Positions 25,690 through 38,328 are shown, numbered from the whole stretch's first letter. The stretch is 62,624 bases of DNA, filler included, from Globobulimina sp. (GCA_003354225.1; 19 parts of 19 records of this genome joined end to end with filler, not necessarily neighbours in it), one strand, 5' to 3'. A program made the numbers and translations. Notes: a model not told the origin generated them from the sequence alone.

Positions 25690-26289
25690 TTACTGAGTGG
25701 TACAGTCGGGACTTTTTGGTTCAGCGCATTGTTTCTCATTTATTTAGGTTGGGATATGTGCACAGTATCGATGTATGTATTAAAAATAAAGTCATTTAAA
25801 AAGCATAAGGCAGATAATCGCGTTTACGACAGAATCCTATCCATATTGTACAGAGTGTTAATCCCCACATTATTTTATGAAATAATGTCATTTCTAGCTT
25901 ACATTCTTACCATTGCCAGATTTACTGCAACCAATGATATAGTTCGTTTTGTATTAGATTTCACCGCTGTGTTTGCCGCAATTATGTATAGTTATTCAAT
26001 GTCTCTAATTCCAGAACATAATAACCGTCGATATGTTGGCTTCTTGAAGTTTATATATCATTTTAAATTACATTTTTTGTGCTGTTGCTGGAGATATATT
26101 GTTATTCATCAATTAAAGGAATTGACTGTTGATGAACACTTAAGTAATGTTGTAAATGACAAACAGAATAATAATGCTTGCGATAATAAAATAGAGGAAA
26201 CAATTAAATCAACAGCCAATAATGATATATCAGCCAATCATGGAAAAATTGAAAGAAATGGATGTGAACTCAGTGTTGAAACTCAATGA
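25690..26289 (+). CDS. C-terminal half of a multi-TM (7TM-like) protein, fragment
   Basis: Three hydrophobic helices, then a CCC-containing cytoplasmic tail. No N-terminal half; it abuts the PPR gene head-to-head. Confidence 0.5.
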   Translation, partial: LLSGTVGTFWFSALFLIYLGWDMCTVSMYVLKIKSFKKHKADNRVYDRILSILYRVLIPTLFYEIMSFLAYILTIARFTATNDIVRFVLDFTAVFAAIMYSYSMSLIPEHNNRRYVGFLKFIYHFKLHFLCCCWRYIVIHQLKELTVDEHLSNVVNDKQNNNACDNKIEETIKSTANNDISANHGKIERNGCELSVETQ

Positions 26290-26427
26290 AACAATTAAAA
26301 AACGAATCTAGACAGACGCTCTACTTTNNNNNNNNNNNNNNNNNNNNNNNNNNNNNNNNNNNNNNNNNNNNTTAATTAATTAANNNNNNNNNNNNNNNNN
26401 NNNNNNNNNNNNNNNNNNNNNNNNNNN

Positions 26428-29400
26428 TTATGCGAGAGATGGTACATAAGATTTTCATCCAAACAACAACATTCGATATCATTCCAATACAAAGTGTTCC
26501 GACCAATGGTAAATATGTCGCAAAGTGAACCGTATCAAATAAATAAAATGAGATATGATAACTACAAAATTACAGATTTGAATAATAAAACAAACAAAGA
26601 TATTTTGCGAAGTTTTATCGGATGGATTTTGACGGTGAAATGCGAGTATCATCGATGTAAAGGCCGACTGAAATTAGATTGTTTTTGTACACCTCCTGAT
26701 TTCCAGCGATATTGCTATTATTTTATACTACGTATCATTTCCTTTGATGGCAATACATTGATAGATATAATACAAAACATTAAATCACGGACAATATCAA
26801 AGGTTGGTCAGGAATTCTACGATGTGGCATTGACTGACGATTTGAAGCAAGAAGAGTATGCGCAAACATTTAAGGAGTATATGCTGCAATGGATGAGATT
26901 TGATTTATACAATTTTGAATGTGATAATTGCCACCACATCAATAAAAGCATTATGATCAACCGGATATTTGAGTATTCCGTATCATTGAAACATTGCAGA
27001 TTATGCTCTTCATCGCGAAAAGACCAACTCATTGAAAATGCCTTTGATTTGGATAAAGCCATTGAGCATAGAAAAAATACTAAATATGCCAATCAACCTG
27101 GAAAGTTCGATAAATTTAAATTTCAAACTGGACAGGTTATGAGATATTGTGTGTTATCGCCAAAGTTCACTTCATTTGCACAAGAAATATTATTGAATGA
27201 AGTCGTAGTGATTACAAAGGATGAATGGGATTTATTATTGAATAAAGCAAAGAAAAAAATGAAAAAAATCAATCAAATATTAAAAAGAATGGCCAAGACA
27301 GCGGCAGGAATTGTAAATCATTATGTCAGTCATGAAACGGATATAAATTTCGGAATTAACCAATATGAAACCATTGGAATTAACCATCTGATCGCGGTGA
27401 TGTTATACAAAGGCAATCAAATGGATTATGGCTCGCGTTTTGTTGATTCGTTTTGGTGTCAAGATGGCACTCAAAACAATTTTTATTGGCTGGGCCGATA
27501 TCTGTTTGAAGCAGTATTTTTTTTCGGTGATCGCGTCGATGAGATTAATAATGCAAATACTAAATTCTATCAAGGACATAATCATCGTTTTTATTTCGAT
27601 TCCTTTGCGACAACTATTAATTGCCCGATATCATCGACAGGGATTGGTTCCGCAAAAAGATCGTGCGGAGATAATGGATGTTTATTGGAATATATACCAA
27701 AATATTATGGACCGATTGATAACACAAAAGCTTTCTCATTGAAATGGTATTCATCCCATTCGAATAATGATGAATGGCTATTTATGGGATCCAGCAAATT
27801 GCAAATCATATTTAATACATTCACCGCCAGTAAGTTTCATGCCAATTATCAGCAAACCAACCGCGCCATATTGTATTTGGAGAAATTACTGTTGCAAAAT
27901 ACATTTGATGTTCAATTTTATGCCACTGCCAATGGCTCGTTTTATGAATCCACTGTAATGCAAAAAGCATTTGATTTAATTGATAATATGGTTAAAAATG
28001 ATATAAAATCGTGGTTTGAGAAGACGCTGATATTACCACAATATTATTCTGTATTTATTGAAAATGGCTACAGCGATTTTGATTCGTTTAATAAGATTGA
28101 TGTGGACGCAATGGATAATATGGGTATACTTGAAAAGGAACATAAAAAACAGATATTATCGGAAATACATGTTTTAAATGTTTTCAATTATTGGCGTAAA
28201 CAAAAGACTTTTGTCCGATTTGAGACATTGAAATTGGAGATGAAATATATGGATTATAAATTAAAAACATTTTTGTATAACGAGAAAGTGCATGCGATCA
28301 ATAAAGACAATGTAATGGAATTATTTCCACATTTAACCAGTTACACTGACATCAATGGCAATGTTGTATTATTAACACAAAATGAGCAGAAAACCGATGA
28401 TTCGGAGCAACCAAGAAATATTAATAGGAATTTGCATCATCAGTTGTTGATTAATGCACAAATCCACCAAATACCAGAGCAGATTGCATCTATTTTAGAA
28501 GAAGAAGAAGAATTTAAGTTCGGTGGATGTGATAATATACCAATGACTGCGCTGACACTCGTCTTGAAACAAAGAATGAATTATAACTTATTGTGTGACA
28601 AACAAGCATTTATTACACAGTTATCGGCTGTGACCTTTTTACAAATGAATATTGATGAATTATATTGCAAAATTATGCAACAATTAAAGATGGAATCAGC
28701 AAATTGTATTATTACGTTTATTAGCTCTGAATTGAAGAAAACATTTAACGATTATCACGAGAACGATATTGCTGATTTTGTACTGGAGATTGACGCATTG
28801 GGCATTTCTGAAAAAGCAGCTACGACAATTTATACCACGTTGAAAAGCATCAAAGCAGAAAATCCGACGCAAGAAATGATGTTTCAATCATTGATGAATA
28901 ATGAAAATATTGCATTGGAAGATATGCTGACTGTGATAGAGTACAAATTGCAGCAAAACCATGCAAACTATGTAAATATTGTTGACGCCGCATTGAGAGA
29001 ATTAAAGATTACGGTAAGCATTGCGTGTATGAGCAAATTATCCGTCGATTACCAATTATTTGAAAGTCTCAAAATATTTGCAAGCCGAATGAATGCAATT
29101 GGCGTCGATGAGAGTGTAGCAACGAATGTTTTTAATGCACTCATTGCCAAACAAGTCCTTCCCGATAACTGGAGAGATAAAATAACAAAATTAATAGTAT
29201 CCAATGTGAAGACATCAGACATTGACAGCAATGCCATTGGCGCAGTAATGCAAAAAACAGCGTTTATCACTTACTATGCCGATCCATTGTATTTGCTCAG
29301 TAAAGCCCTCCTGAAGAGAGACAATATAAAATATAAAGAAATTCACGATGGCATTGTTGAAATGGATATATTTAACGGCGATATACCAAAACAAAGAGAA

Positions 29401-29628
29401 TTTGCCAGGAAATTATTTAACAAAGTTTTTGAAGATAGAGAAAGGATTAATTCTTGGAATTGCAAATTGTGCGGATTTAAGAATGCTGAATTAATGGTTG
29501 GCGGCTTATGGTATTATTATAATGAATTGGCTCAATGTGGGTTTTGTGGAGAGCAGAGATATTCCGATGGTTCGACGCAAATTTATACCAAATCAGCTGA
29601 AACAAACAAAGACGCAGAATCCCAACAA
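26428..29628 (+). CDS. Large protein fragment: zinc finger, ART-like domain, SAM domain, zinc finger; open across the whole contig
   Basis: CDNC...CRLC; HLIAVMLY...FYQG...PISST...NDEWLF; SAM-like IKSWFEKTLILPQYYSVFIENGY...MGILEKEHKKQIL; WNCKLC...CGFC. Confidence 0.75.
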
Positions 29629-29728
29629 NNNNNNNNNNNNNNNNNNNNNNNNNNNNNNNNNNNNNNNNNNNNTTAATTAATTAANNNNNNNNNNNNNNNN
29701 NNNNNNNNNNNNNNNNNNNNNNNNNNNN

Positions 29729-30235
29729 GCTGCTCTCGATTTCGAAACAAAATCGGAATATGCAATTAATGTACAAACAGAAGATGCTGCTGGAGAAACA
29801 ATAGCGATAGCATTTAAGGTTCAGGTAGAAACATTGACTGATAAAGGACAAAAGCAATGCAAACTATCTGCAGAAAATATTAACAAATTAATGATAAAAT
29901 ATAATTATAAATTAGATGATACATATATTTATTATTCAGACATTCAAAGAGCAAAAGAAAGCGCATTTATTGTATTTCAACAATTATTTGGCACAAACAG
30001 CGATAATGATTTTTATCGGAAACATTTCATTGCATCAAAATTACTGCGAGCCCGAAACTATGGCGATTTAAATGGATTGAAAGGAGTTGAAATGATTCGA
30101 AATTTTTTATTGATTTCACAATACGATAAAATAAATCCGAATCATCGAATGTTCAAACAAAACCATACCGTGTTGTGGTCGAATGAACGTAAATGTCGTT
30201 TCCATCACACAAAGCCGTTCCAGCTGTGTACTTAA
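29729..30235 (+). CDS. Cadherin-like repeat end fused in frame to unknown sequence
   Basis: Own translation from the contig start: AALDFETKSEYAINVQTEDAAGETIAIAFKVQVE, continuing in frame into ORF 29834-30235. Confidence 0.45.
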   Translation, partial: AALDFETKSEYAINVQTEDAAGETIAIAFKVQVETLTDKGQKQCKLSAENINKLMIKYNYKLDDTYIYYSDIQRAKESAFIVFQQLFGTNSDNDFYRKHFIASKLLRARNYGDLNGLKGVEMIRNFLLISQYDKINPNHRMFKQNHTVLWSNERKCRFHHTKPFQLCT

Positions 30236-30272
30236 AAGTTTTTTTCTTAAATAAATAAATAACATCAACAAA

Positions 30273-31373
30273 TTAATCATATGATGCGTATGGCCAAACA
30301 AGCATATTGCGAGTAGCACACGTAAACCTTATCTGGCAATGTTCATTATATTTCTTTCCGTTTTTCAAAACTGTAAAGTTCGGAATATGTCTTTGCATTA
30401 AATCCTCGTAGCAATTATCAAAAATAACAATGATTTCCCCTCCAATTGGAGTCTCATCCGGCTTTCCTCCAACATGCGATCTTAAAGTACCAGGTATTCG
30501 ATCTGATAATATCAGTCTGTCCAATTTATCACAAAAATAAAACTGAATAATTATTAATTTTGGTGCAATGATTGTTATTTCAGACAATATGTCAGATTGA
30601 ACAAATAAAATGTTGACCGATGGCAAATACAACGAATGCAATAAAAACACCTTTCTCTGTTTCTTATTAAATACATCCGGCTTCAGCATCAAATATAAAG
30701 TATCGATTAATGAACATTTTGCTAACGAGAAGCGCAGAGAATCTATGTCATTTATTGAGCAATGTTGTATTCGCAACTCATAAATATCCAAATCCAAATT
30801 CATTTTATTAATTCTCATGCTATGATCTGATCGAAAGTCATCATTATGGATAGTACCTAATATCAACACAGATAATTCCGGGAAGTTTACAGCATTCATT
30901 TTGATATCAATTGGTTTTCTTTGACGGAAAAAGTGTATCTGCAATATCTTCAATTTAGGAAAGTTGCAATTTTGCAAAGTTTCAATCATTTCATAAATTT
31001 GTTCATTTGTTTCATAATTATATTGACTCAGATCTTGAATCAAATATAATTGGATCAGATGTTTACGACTCGGAAATTGTGATATTTTGGTGAATTGGAT
31101 GCAATGCTGAATAGATACCATCAAATGAGACATTTCATTCACGCATTGATTGAATTGTTTGCTGAGATATTTGTATGTCACTGGTAATACAGTAAAGGAG
31201 TGTGGATGCGTTGTCTCATCGAACATATATTTTGGTTTAATTTTCATTTCTTGTTCAATATAATAGGAGGCGGCTAAAACAAGTTTCTGAAATATTGACA
31301 TTTCTGAATCCAATCTGTCAGTGGCCAGGAAAGATAAAATTAGTTTAATCATATCCTTTTGCTTCAACACCAT
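30273..31373 (-). CDS. Hypothetical protein with leucine-rich-repeat-like segments
   Basis: FPKLKILQI, FPELSVLIL, LPSVNILFV, APKLIIIQF spaced like F-box/LRR-type repeats. Confidence 0.55.
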   Translation of the reverse strand: MVLKQKDMIKLILSFLATDRLDSEMSIFQKLVLAASYYIEQEMKIKPKYMFDETTHPHSFTVLPVTYKYLSKQFNQCVNEMSHLMVSIQHCIQFTKISQFPSRKHLIQLYLIQDLSQYNYETNEQIYEMIETLQNCNFPKLKILQIHFFRQRKPIDIKMNAVNFPELSVLILGTIHNDDFRSDHSMRINKMNLDLDIYELRIQHCSINDIDSLRFSLAKCSLIDTLYLMLKPDVFNKKQRKVFLLHSLYLPSVNILFVQSDILSEITIIAPKLIIIQFYFCDKLDRLILSDRIPGTLRSHVGGKPDETPIGGEIIVIFDNCYEDLMQRHIPNFTVLKNGKKYNEHCQIRFTCATRNMLVWPYASYD

Positions 31374-31475
31374 TTTACAAAATGATTGCTTCCTGCTCCT
31401 TATATTTTGATTGTATTTTATTCTTTTATTTTGATTGTATATCAGAAAGCGAACGGAAAAGGAAAATTTAGAAAC

Positions 31476-32512
31476 TTACTGTTTGTCTATGTTACTTTGC
31501 GCATTATCATTCGTTCCATGTTGATATCGATCATTATCAACTTTCCTTTTCTTAGCAGGTGGCTGTCCATTGGTTTCTGCATCTTTTTTAGTCCTTTTTT
31601 TATTTGTTTTTTTTTTCGATTTACTTGCTTCCAATGACTCCAATCTCTGTTTTTCCAATTTTTTTAATAAATCGCCTCGTTCTCTATTTACTTTATTTGC
31701 AATCTCAGAATATATATTTTTAATTTTATCGTCCTTAATATCAATATCAATTTTTACTTTTGAATAATGCAATTTATTATTATATTCAACCTGTGGTCCA
31801 ATGAATATTTCTTCAGCAAAAAAAAAATGGCATGATCCTGGTTGTTCCATAATGTTTAATTTTTTTAACAGTTTAAATATTAATATCGATTTTTTATCAC
31901 TAACTCCCGTATTAATCCTTAAGAGAGTTTTATTCACCCTACGATCGATAGAGTGTAACAAAGTATATTCCAATGTTGTCTATATTCATATTTGTGTATA
32001 TATTGATGTACAGTGCACACAAATTATATACAAACATAGTAATATAACTCTTAAATCCGTCTCAATAAACTCATATTCTGTAGCTGCTGATTCTGTGGTT
32101 TTTTTTGTTTTTCTTTTTGTTGCTTTTTGTTGTTGTTTTGTGTCAATATTATCATCAATATTATCATTATAATTATCATCAGACTCGGAATCAACATCAC
32201 CTGTTTTTGTGATGTTTATTGTTATTGTTTCATATCCTTCCATGCCACCCAAATCTTTAACTGCTTGCAATAATGATTTATATTTTTTTTAAATATGATG
32301 GTTCGTGTTACAATGTCGTTATCTTGGATTTGTTGGATATTTTGCGGTGTTTGCGGTGTACAATGATTGTTGGTATTTGAGGAATGAAGAGGAGGTGGAT
32401 ATTGATTATGATTATGGTGGAAATATTGTGTTTGCATTGTATTAGTTACAGGAGTTTGAGGAATGTTAAGGGCAGGCAGCAGGGGAATTGTATATGAATT
32501 AACATTGTCCAT
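31476..32512 (-). CDS. Hypothetical spliced protein with basic low-complexity/NLS-like tail
   Basis: Collinear ORFs 32222-32512, 31986-32270 and 31476-31973; PPAKKRK. Confidence 0.45.
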
Positions 32513-33074
32513 AATTTATTATTATTTGTTCTTTTTAGATGAACTTAGACTTCAAAACATTAGCAAACATCATTTGGTCAAGCATGGCTCGCTTTGGAAT
32601 TTGTGATTTGTGAGTATTTGTGTGATTTGTGAATCACTGAAAATATGTTAAATCACAGAGTTATTTTAAAATCACTATTTGTTATTTGCAAAATATCTGT
32701 AAATATATTCAAACATTTGTAAATATTTATAAGTTGCTGGATATTGCACGAAAAAAGAAATAAAATGATATGCACTGCACACACACTCGTTATGATTGTC
32801 AAATCCAATACAATCCAATACAATCAACTTTATCTGAATACACAACAAAGAAATCCAAACAAATAACAGTGTGATTTGTGATCCATACCAATTTTCCATA
32901 ATTTTTGTTATCATACAGAAATTCAATCTNNNNNNNNNNNNNNNNNNNNNNNNNNNNNNNNNNNNNNNNNNNNTTAATTAATTAANNNNNNNNNNNNNNN
33001 NNNNNNNNNNNNNNNNNNNNNNNNNNNNNCTTTATTGCATAGATTTGTCTCTTCTTTCATATGCCAGAATCCTA

Positions 33075-33123
33075 TGAGGTGAGAACCCTGATATTAAGAT
33101 TTTTTTGAAGTGAGCTAGTCATC
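33075..33123. repeat. Dispersed ~50-bp repeat, copy 1
   Basis: TGAGGTGAGAACCCTGATATTAAGAT(T-run)GAAGTGAGCTAGTCATC, near-identical to 62370-62420 and partly to 56205-56241. Confidence 0.85.
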
Positions 33124-33294
33124 GGTTTGCTGCAGTAGTAGTAGTAACAAATGTAGTCGGGAATCACCATCATTAGGTGATGCTTTCAAAAGATTATTGG
33201 ATACACATATTAATATAAAGTAAATGGACTATGCACATTCTCGCCAAGCATTGTTTATAACACCAAGTTGTGCGATGACAGCAGTCTTACAATA

Positions 33295-34521
33295 TTATAA
33301 ACCGTCAACTTCCACATTTTGCAATATGCACAGCCAATCTCTGTATTTTGTAATATTAAACTTTCTATCTTTGAATCGCTGTTCATATTTCTTTACTGCG
33401 TTCACAACACTTAGATTGCTGTTTGGTTTTGCTTGAATCACTATCTTCGCCAACTTTGATTTATTACTTTCCTCGTTATTTAAATGAAATAATATGTTAT
33501 CCATCGTCGTAACGCATAATCTTACATTCTTCACTCGAATTTCTTTTACATTTGGAAATAATACATTGATTTCATTAATTTGTATCCATTCACATTCTCC
33601 ATAAAAAATCAATGCAAAAAGCGATGGATATTGCATTCTTTCATAATAATCTATTTCTAAACATTCTACATTTTTACAATAAATATCAACCATCTTTTTT
33701 CCATAATCGCTCAATGAACGAAATGGTTTGTATTTGGATAATGAATGAGATAGCTGACCCTCAATAATTGCTGTTGCTAATGCTAACATTGAGGAACTAA
33801 CCCGTTGGCCAACCAAATATTTTCCATTTAAATGATACTCCGTACACAATTCTATTATTCCCGGTGGAATTATTTGATTTTCGTCTAATACATTTCTAGT
33901 GAAACTATATGTTAATAAATGTTTTTCATATTTAAAATACTGCGTACAATCCGTAATAAAACGTAATGTGTCTAAAATGGTAACATATTTGGTCCCCGAT
34001 GAGCATTCTATGATATTATTAATCTCTAAGCCATATCCGTTATACACCAATAAATATTCATCTTCGTAGCCGAAATCAGAACACCAACTTAATGCAAAAT
34101 ACTTAGCATTGGAATTTGTTGGTTGATGCGCACCAAATTCGACAACTAAACCTCGATTTGCAAATTGTATCGCAACCGCAAATGATGAAGTGGTGCTAAG
34201 TGGACAGAATATTTTCAAACCATGCATATGGCCACCAATTATTTGTGGAAAGGCCAATTTAGCACTAATTCCATGATAAAATGACTTGATAGTACCATTC
34301 CCGATTCTTGTTCCAAATCTAAGCACTGATAATTTGAGATACATCGCAAAATAAAAGAAATTATTATGTTTGTTGGTATTTTCTCTGTATGTTTTTTGAA
34401 AATGAGACGTGAAACTCGTAAAATTGGAATATATCATAAGTGTTAATAAATTTTCAACGAACATGTTTGGATAATTGCCGCCTTTTGTAATTTGGTTCTG
34501 TAACAAAATATCAAATGACAT
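33295..34521 (-). CDS. ARTC-like ADP-ribosyltransferase-domain protein, N-terminus apparently missing
   Basis: LLTLMIYSNF...FQKTYR, FYHG, PLSTTSSFAVAIQF, WCSDFGYEDEYL. Clear paralog of 49744-52325. Confidence 0.7.
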   Translation of the reverse strand: MSFDILLQNQITKGGNYPNMFVENLLTLMIYSNFTSFTSHFQKTYRENTNKHNNFFYFAMYLKLSVLRFGTRIGNGTIKSFYHGISAKLAFPQIIGGHMHGLKIFCPLSTTSSFAVAIQFANRGLVVEFGAHQPTNSNAKYFALSWCSDFGYEDEYLLVYNGYGLEINNIIECSSGTKYVTILDTLRFITDCTQYFKYEKHLLTYSFTRNVLDENQIIPPGIIELCTEYHLNGKYLVGQRVSSSMLALATAIIEGQLSHSLSKYKPFRSLSDYGKKMVDIYCKNVECLEIDYYERMQYPSLFALIFYGECEWIQINEINVLFPNVKEIRVKNVRLCVTTMDNILFHLNNEESNKSKLAKIVIQAKPNSNLSVVNAVKKYEQRFKDRKFNITKYRDWLCILQNVEVDGL

Positions 34522-34602
34522 ATACAGAACTTGTTGACAAAATTGACAAAAAACTTTATCTCAAAATATCAAATTGATAAAAAACATTATTCAAAATTGA
34601 CC

Positions 34603-35090
34603 ATGGGCGCTACCTGTGCAGGCCCTTGTTGTGCAGGTTGTTGTTCGACAGCTGTATATAAAAAAGTCGTAAATACCGAAGTCAAAAACCAGGTACATAT
34701 GTTTCTAAAATCTCCATATAGAAAACAAACACAGTTCCATCCATTCAATTATTATGTACAAAATACGTCCAGGATTGGGCAGATGCTGTGAAAAAAAATA
34801 ATTTAACAGGAATTAAAATATTACATCATGAAGACCCAGGCCTCGTGAATGAAGCGGTCGACGAACATGGCGGAATGGCGATACATTATGCTGTCAAAAA
34901 TAAGCACGAAAAATTATTGCTATACGTATTGAACAATGGAGCCAACGTGAATGCGCAGGGCGGCCCAAATTACAATTCGGCGTTGCATGAAGCCACATTA
35001 CTTCAGGATTTCACCGCCATTCGCAAACTGTTCAGTTATGGCATTAACGACCAATTGAAACTGGAGTGGATTGCGATGAGATTGCAATGA
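34603..35090 (+). CDS. Acylated ankyrin-repeat protein N-terminus; intron 34693-34772
   Basis: MGATCAGPCCAGCC; AIHYAVKN...LNNGANVNAQ...SALHEA. The frame breaks after ~35060. Confidence 0.75.
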
Positions 35091-36230
35091 CATTGCAAAA
35101 GATTCCCGATTTAGGAAAGGTTTGGCAGAAATTGGCGAAAAGGAATACGTCGATTACGAAACAAACTGAAATATATAAAATAATGTATAGTTTGACTCTC
35201 ATGACATTGAGGAAAAAGAATCCGAGAGCTAAAAAACCGCCGGCTGATTCCATCAAGAAATTAACCACTTTGTTATGTAAGAAATTACCAAAGAAAAAAT
35301 GTAAAACCGCATTGGAAAAGGAACTTTTTGTAAAGGATTTCCATACATTGCTGTATAAGTTGCATGATGATTTGGTGAAGCCATTTTCATGTCTGAGTAT
35401 ACCTAAAATTGAGCAGAATCAACAAATACATTTTACAGCGGAGAAGAAGAAGGATATAAATCAAGAACAGAAAGATGAAGATAAAGAGAAAGAGATTGAT
35501 TATAATTTGAAAATAAGCGACAAAGATAAATATTTGATATCAACATTTTCAATCCATATTTTAACTTATGATGAAGCTCAAAAATTAAAAATTGGGAATA
35601 AAATTGATCACCGAATTAGTATTAATGATCGCTACTTTGCTGCAACAATTATTGGTAAATCTGGTTCGCGATTAAAAATACATTATACTCATTTTCCATC
35701 CAAATATGATGAATGGAGTGATTATAAGGATGATATTAATCGATATTGCAAAGCTGGTTCGATATCAAAACATAAATTCGGAGCAATACTTAATAATGAA
35801 TATGATGGATATTTTGCATTAAACCAATATGATAATATGACAGAAATAGAAAATAAATTAAAAATATGTTTGATAATTATTCGAGATAAAATTTTACCAT
35901 TTTTCAAAAAACAATCACACACAAAATTGACAGATTATTTGGATGAAATGCATTATTCCCTATTTCAAAAATTTATAAATATTAAATTAAAAGCATTTAT
36001 AAAACAGGAATCAGATTTCGTTAATTTTTGTGAAATATATAATGGATTTTATAATAATATTTTAAATAAGATATCAATTGGCAGAGATGTACAGCAATTA
36101 CAAATTAATACAAATATATTGGTGATAAATAATAATCATGTTTCAAATGAGTTGTATGGCAAAATCAGATTAAAATGGTTTACAATCAATGATAATATTT
36201 GCGAGGAATATTGTACTGAGAATAATGCGT
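35066..36230 (+). CDS. Composite ORF containing an MBT/Tudor-like barrel
   Basis: LKIGNKIDHR...ATII...LKIHYTHFPSKYDEW. Composition changes abruptly near 35375. Confidence 0.5.
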
Positions 36231-36330
36231 NNNNNNNNNNNNNNNNNNNNNNNNNNNNNNNNNNNNNNNNNNNNTTAATTAATTAANNNNNNNNNNNNNN
36301 NNNNNNNNNNNNNNNNNNNNNNNNNNNNNN

Positions 36331-38267
36331 CACTCAAACCAATCAACACAAAATATAGGACAAAGCCCACAATGGTGGCGGTTTTCGGATTGTCAAAGAA
36401 TACGCTGATTAGTGTACTCCACGCCATCTGAGACATGCAAAACAACCAAAACCATAACAGCATAATTAAGCCGTTCGAATATAAGAAGACGTTCATTAAA
36501 TATCCAATGAGCACAATGATGATACAAATTAAGGTAAATTCGATGGTAAACCATAAATACATTGACGTCCAATAAATTGACGTGGTGGCACCCATCCTTT
36601 TGTAAAGTAAAAAATATGGAACGTTTCTCATATATTATACAAAAACACATACATTTTCATTCCTTCTTTGATTTTATTGGCTTTCTCCGTCACCAACACG
36701 GATATAATTTGAATCACCGGGTACACGAACATGATGGTCGCAAATATAATAAACGGCATCACCATAAACGTCCAATACAAATCTATCTTATACGACGTAA
36801 AAGGAAATATAAAATATCCCTTCTTAAAATCCAAATACGTCGCATTAAAAACTGCATACTCGTTAACCTCGACTGCGATATACTGCGTAATTGCGCTATC
36901 GACCATACTCTGCAACTCTATAAAGCCAGACTGCTCATAGCGTGCTACACTTTGCCCACTTAACTGGTTGCCGTCCTTATTCACTCTGTCCACAATATTC
37001 AACTGATTGTCATTGAACGTTTCGGGCACATTGCTCGCATTAAACCGCAGCGCATAGTCCCATACCTTGCCGTCATCAGACACCGATTTGAATACAATCG
37101 CGGCGGCAATCGGTCGCAACGCCCCGTTCCGCGCATCATTTTCAAAGTTATACCCCGACTGTCCATAGCCGTCACTACGTATATACTCTTCCAACGCGCC
37201 TTCATTGCCAAACCATTTCAAAGCAGAGCCATCCGTCCAATTCATCATCGATACGTCCGCAGCGAACTCGTCACACAAAAACCCAACGGTGTCATTATAA
37301 ATATATTCCTCGCCCTCGCCGGAATTCGCGCCGATAATATCCATCACAGCGGCGATATGCACACTGTCCGCACTGTCTTCGTCATACACAATGCCAATGT
37401 AATGCGGCGGGTTATGTATGCCAACGGGATAACATTCGCTGTTATCGCCTTCATCCGGACACTCCCACTCCTCGGGACATAATAAACTCGGTATGAATGA
37501 ATCGGGCGAGTACGTCGTCGCAGAATACTGATTCCAACGGTTATGCTGTTCCGGCGCAATATAGATATCCTGGCAAGTCGCTGCGCCCTCTCCTTGCGCG
37601 CAGTTGACGTAGTAAGTGAAGAACGGCCGCAATAAGCCCACTATGCCCATGATGAGGATGAAGGTCAACGGGCAGCACATCTTGCAGCAAAAGGAGCATT
37701 TCCGGCGGACGACCTGCGTCTTGTAGTTCTTCCATGTGATTAGGCGAATTTGCGTACATCGCGAGACAGTGCTGGTGGAGGCTTGGAAGGCTTCCACTGC
37801 GTTGTTGCTAGTGGTGAAGCCGGATTTGGCCACAGCGGACGCGCAGTGGTGGCAGTAATAGAAGCCTTGGGGGTGTTCGGTTGGCTGCGAGCCAGAGGGG
37901 CAATAGAAGCATGAGCCTGAATCTGAGGTGGCTTTGCCTCCCGAAGGACAGTTGGTATTGGCACAGGGCGGTGAACCTTGTTTTATTATGCCTTCGATCA
38001 TTAATGTGCCGCATATACATCTGACTTTGTCGTTTGTTACGTTTGTTTGTCCGGTTTCTTTAACCTCTTCAGGCTCTTCGAATGTGTTGTAACTTATTTT
38101 ATTCGTGACAAGACATTCTGAATCGGACTCTGCGTGTTGTGGTTGATAGTATATCGTCTGTTTGATGGTCAGATTAAGTCGTCAAAGAACATACTAATTT
38201 GTTCGAATTGTACAGGTTGCGTTGTCAATTCAACGTCGGGTTCAGCTGATAAAATTTCTGTTGCCAT
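36331..38267 (-). CDS. ABCA: ABC transporter subfamily A, N-terminal part, spliced
   Basis: QIRLITWKNYKTQ, large exocytoplasmic domain, GFIELQSMVDSAI, VTEKANKIKEGMKM|MGAT..IYW. ATG at 38267 is inferred through a short first intron. Confidence 0.9.
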
Positions 38268-38328
38268 GGTTTAAATAGGTAAGGATTTTTGTGAAATGTT
38301 TTTGGTTTGATTATTTAACTCGTTGACC

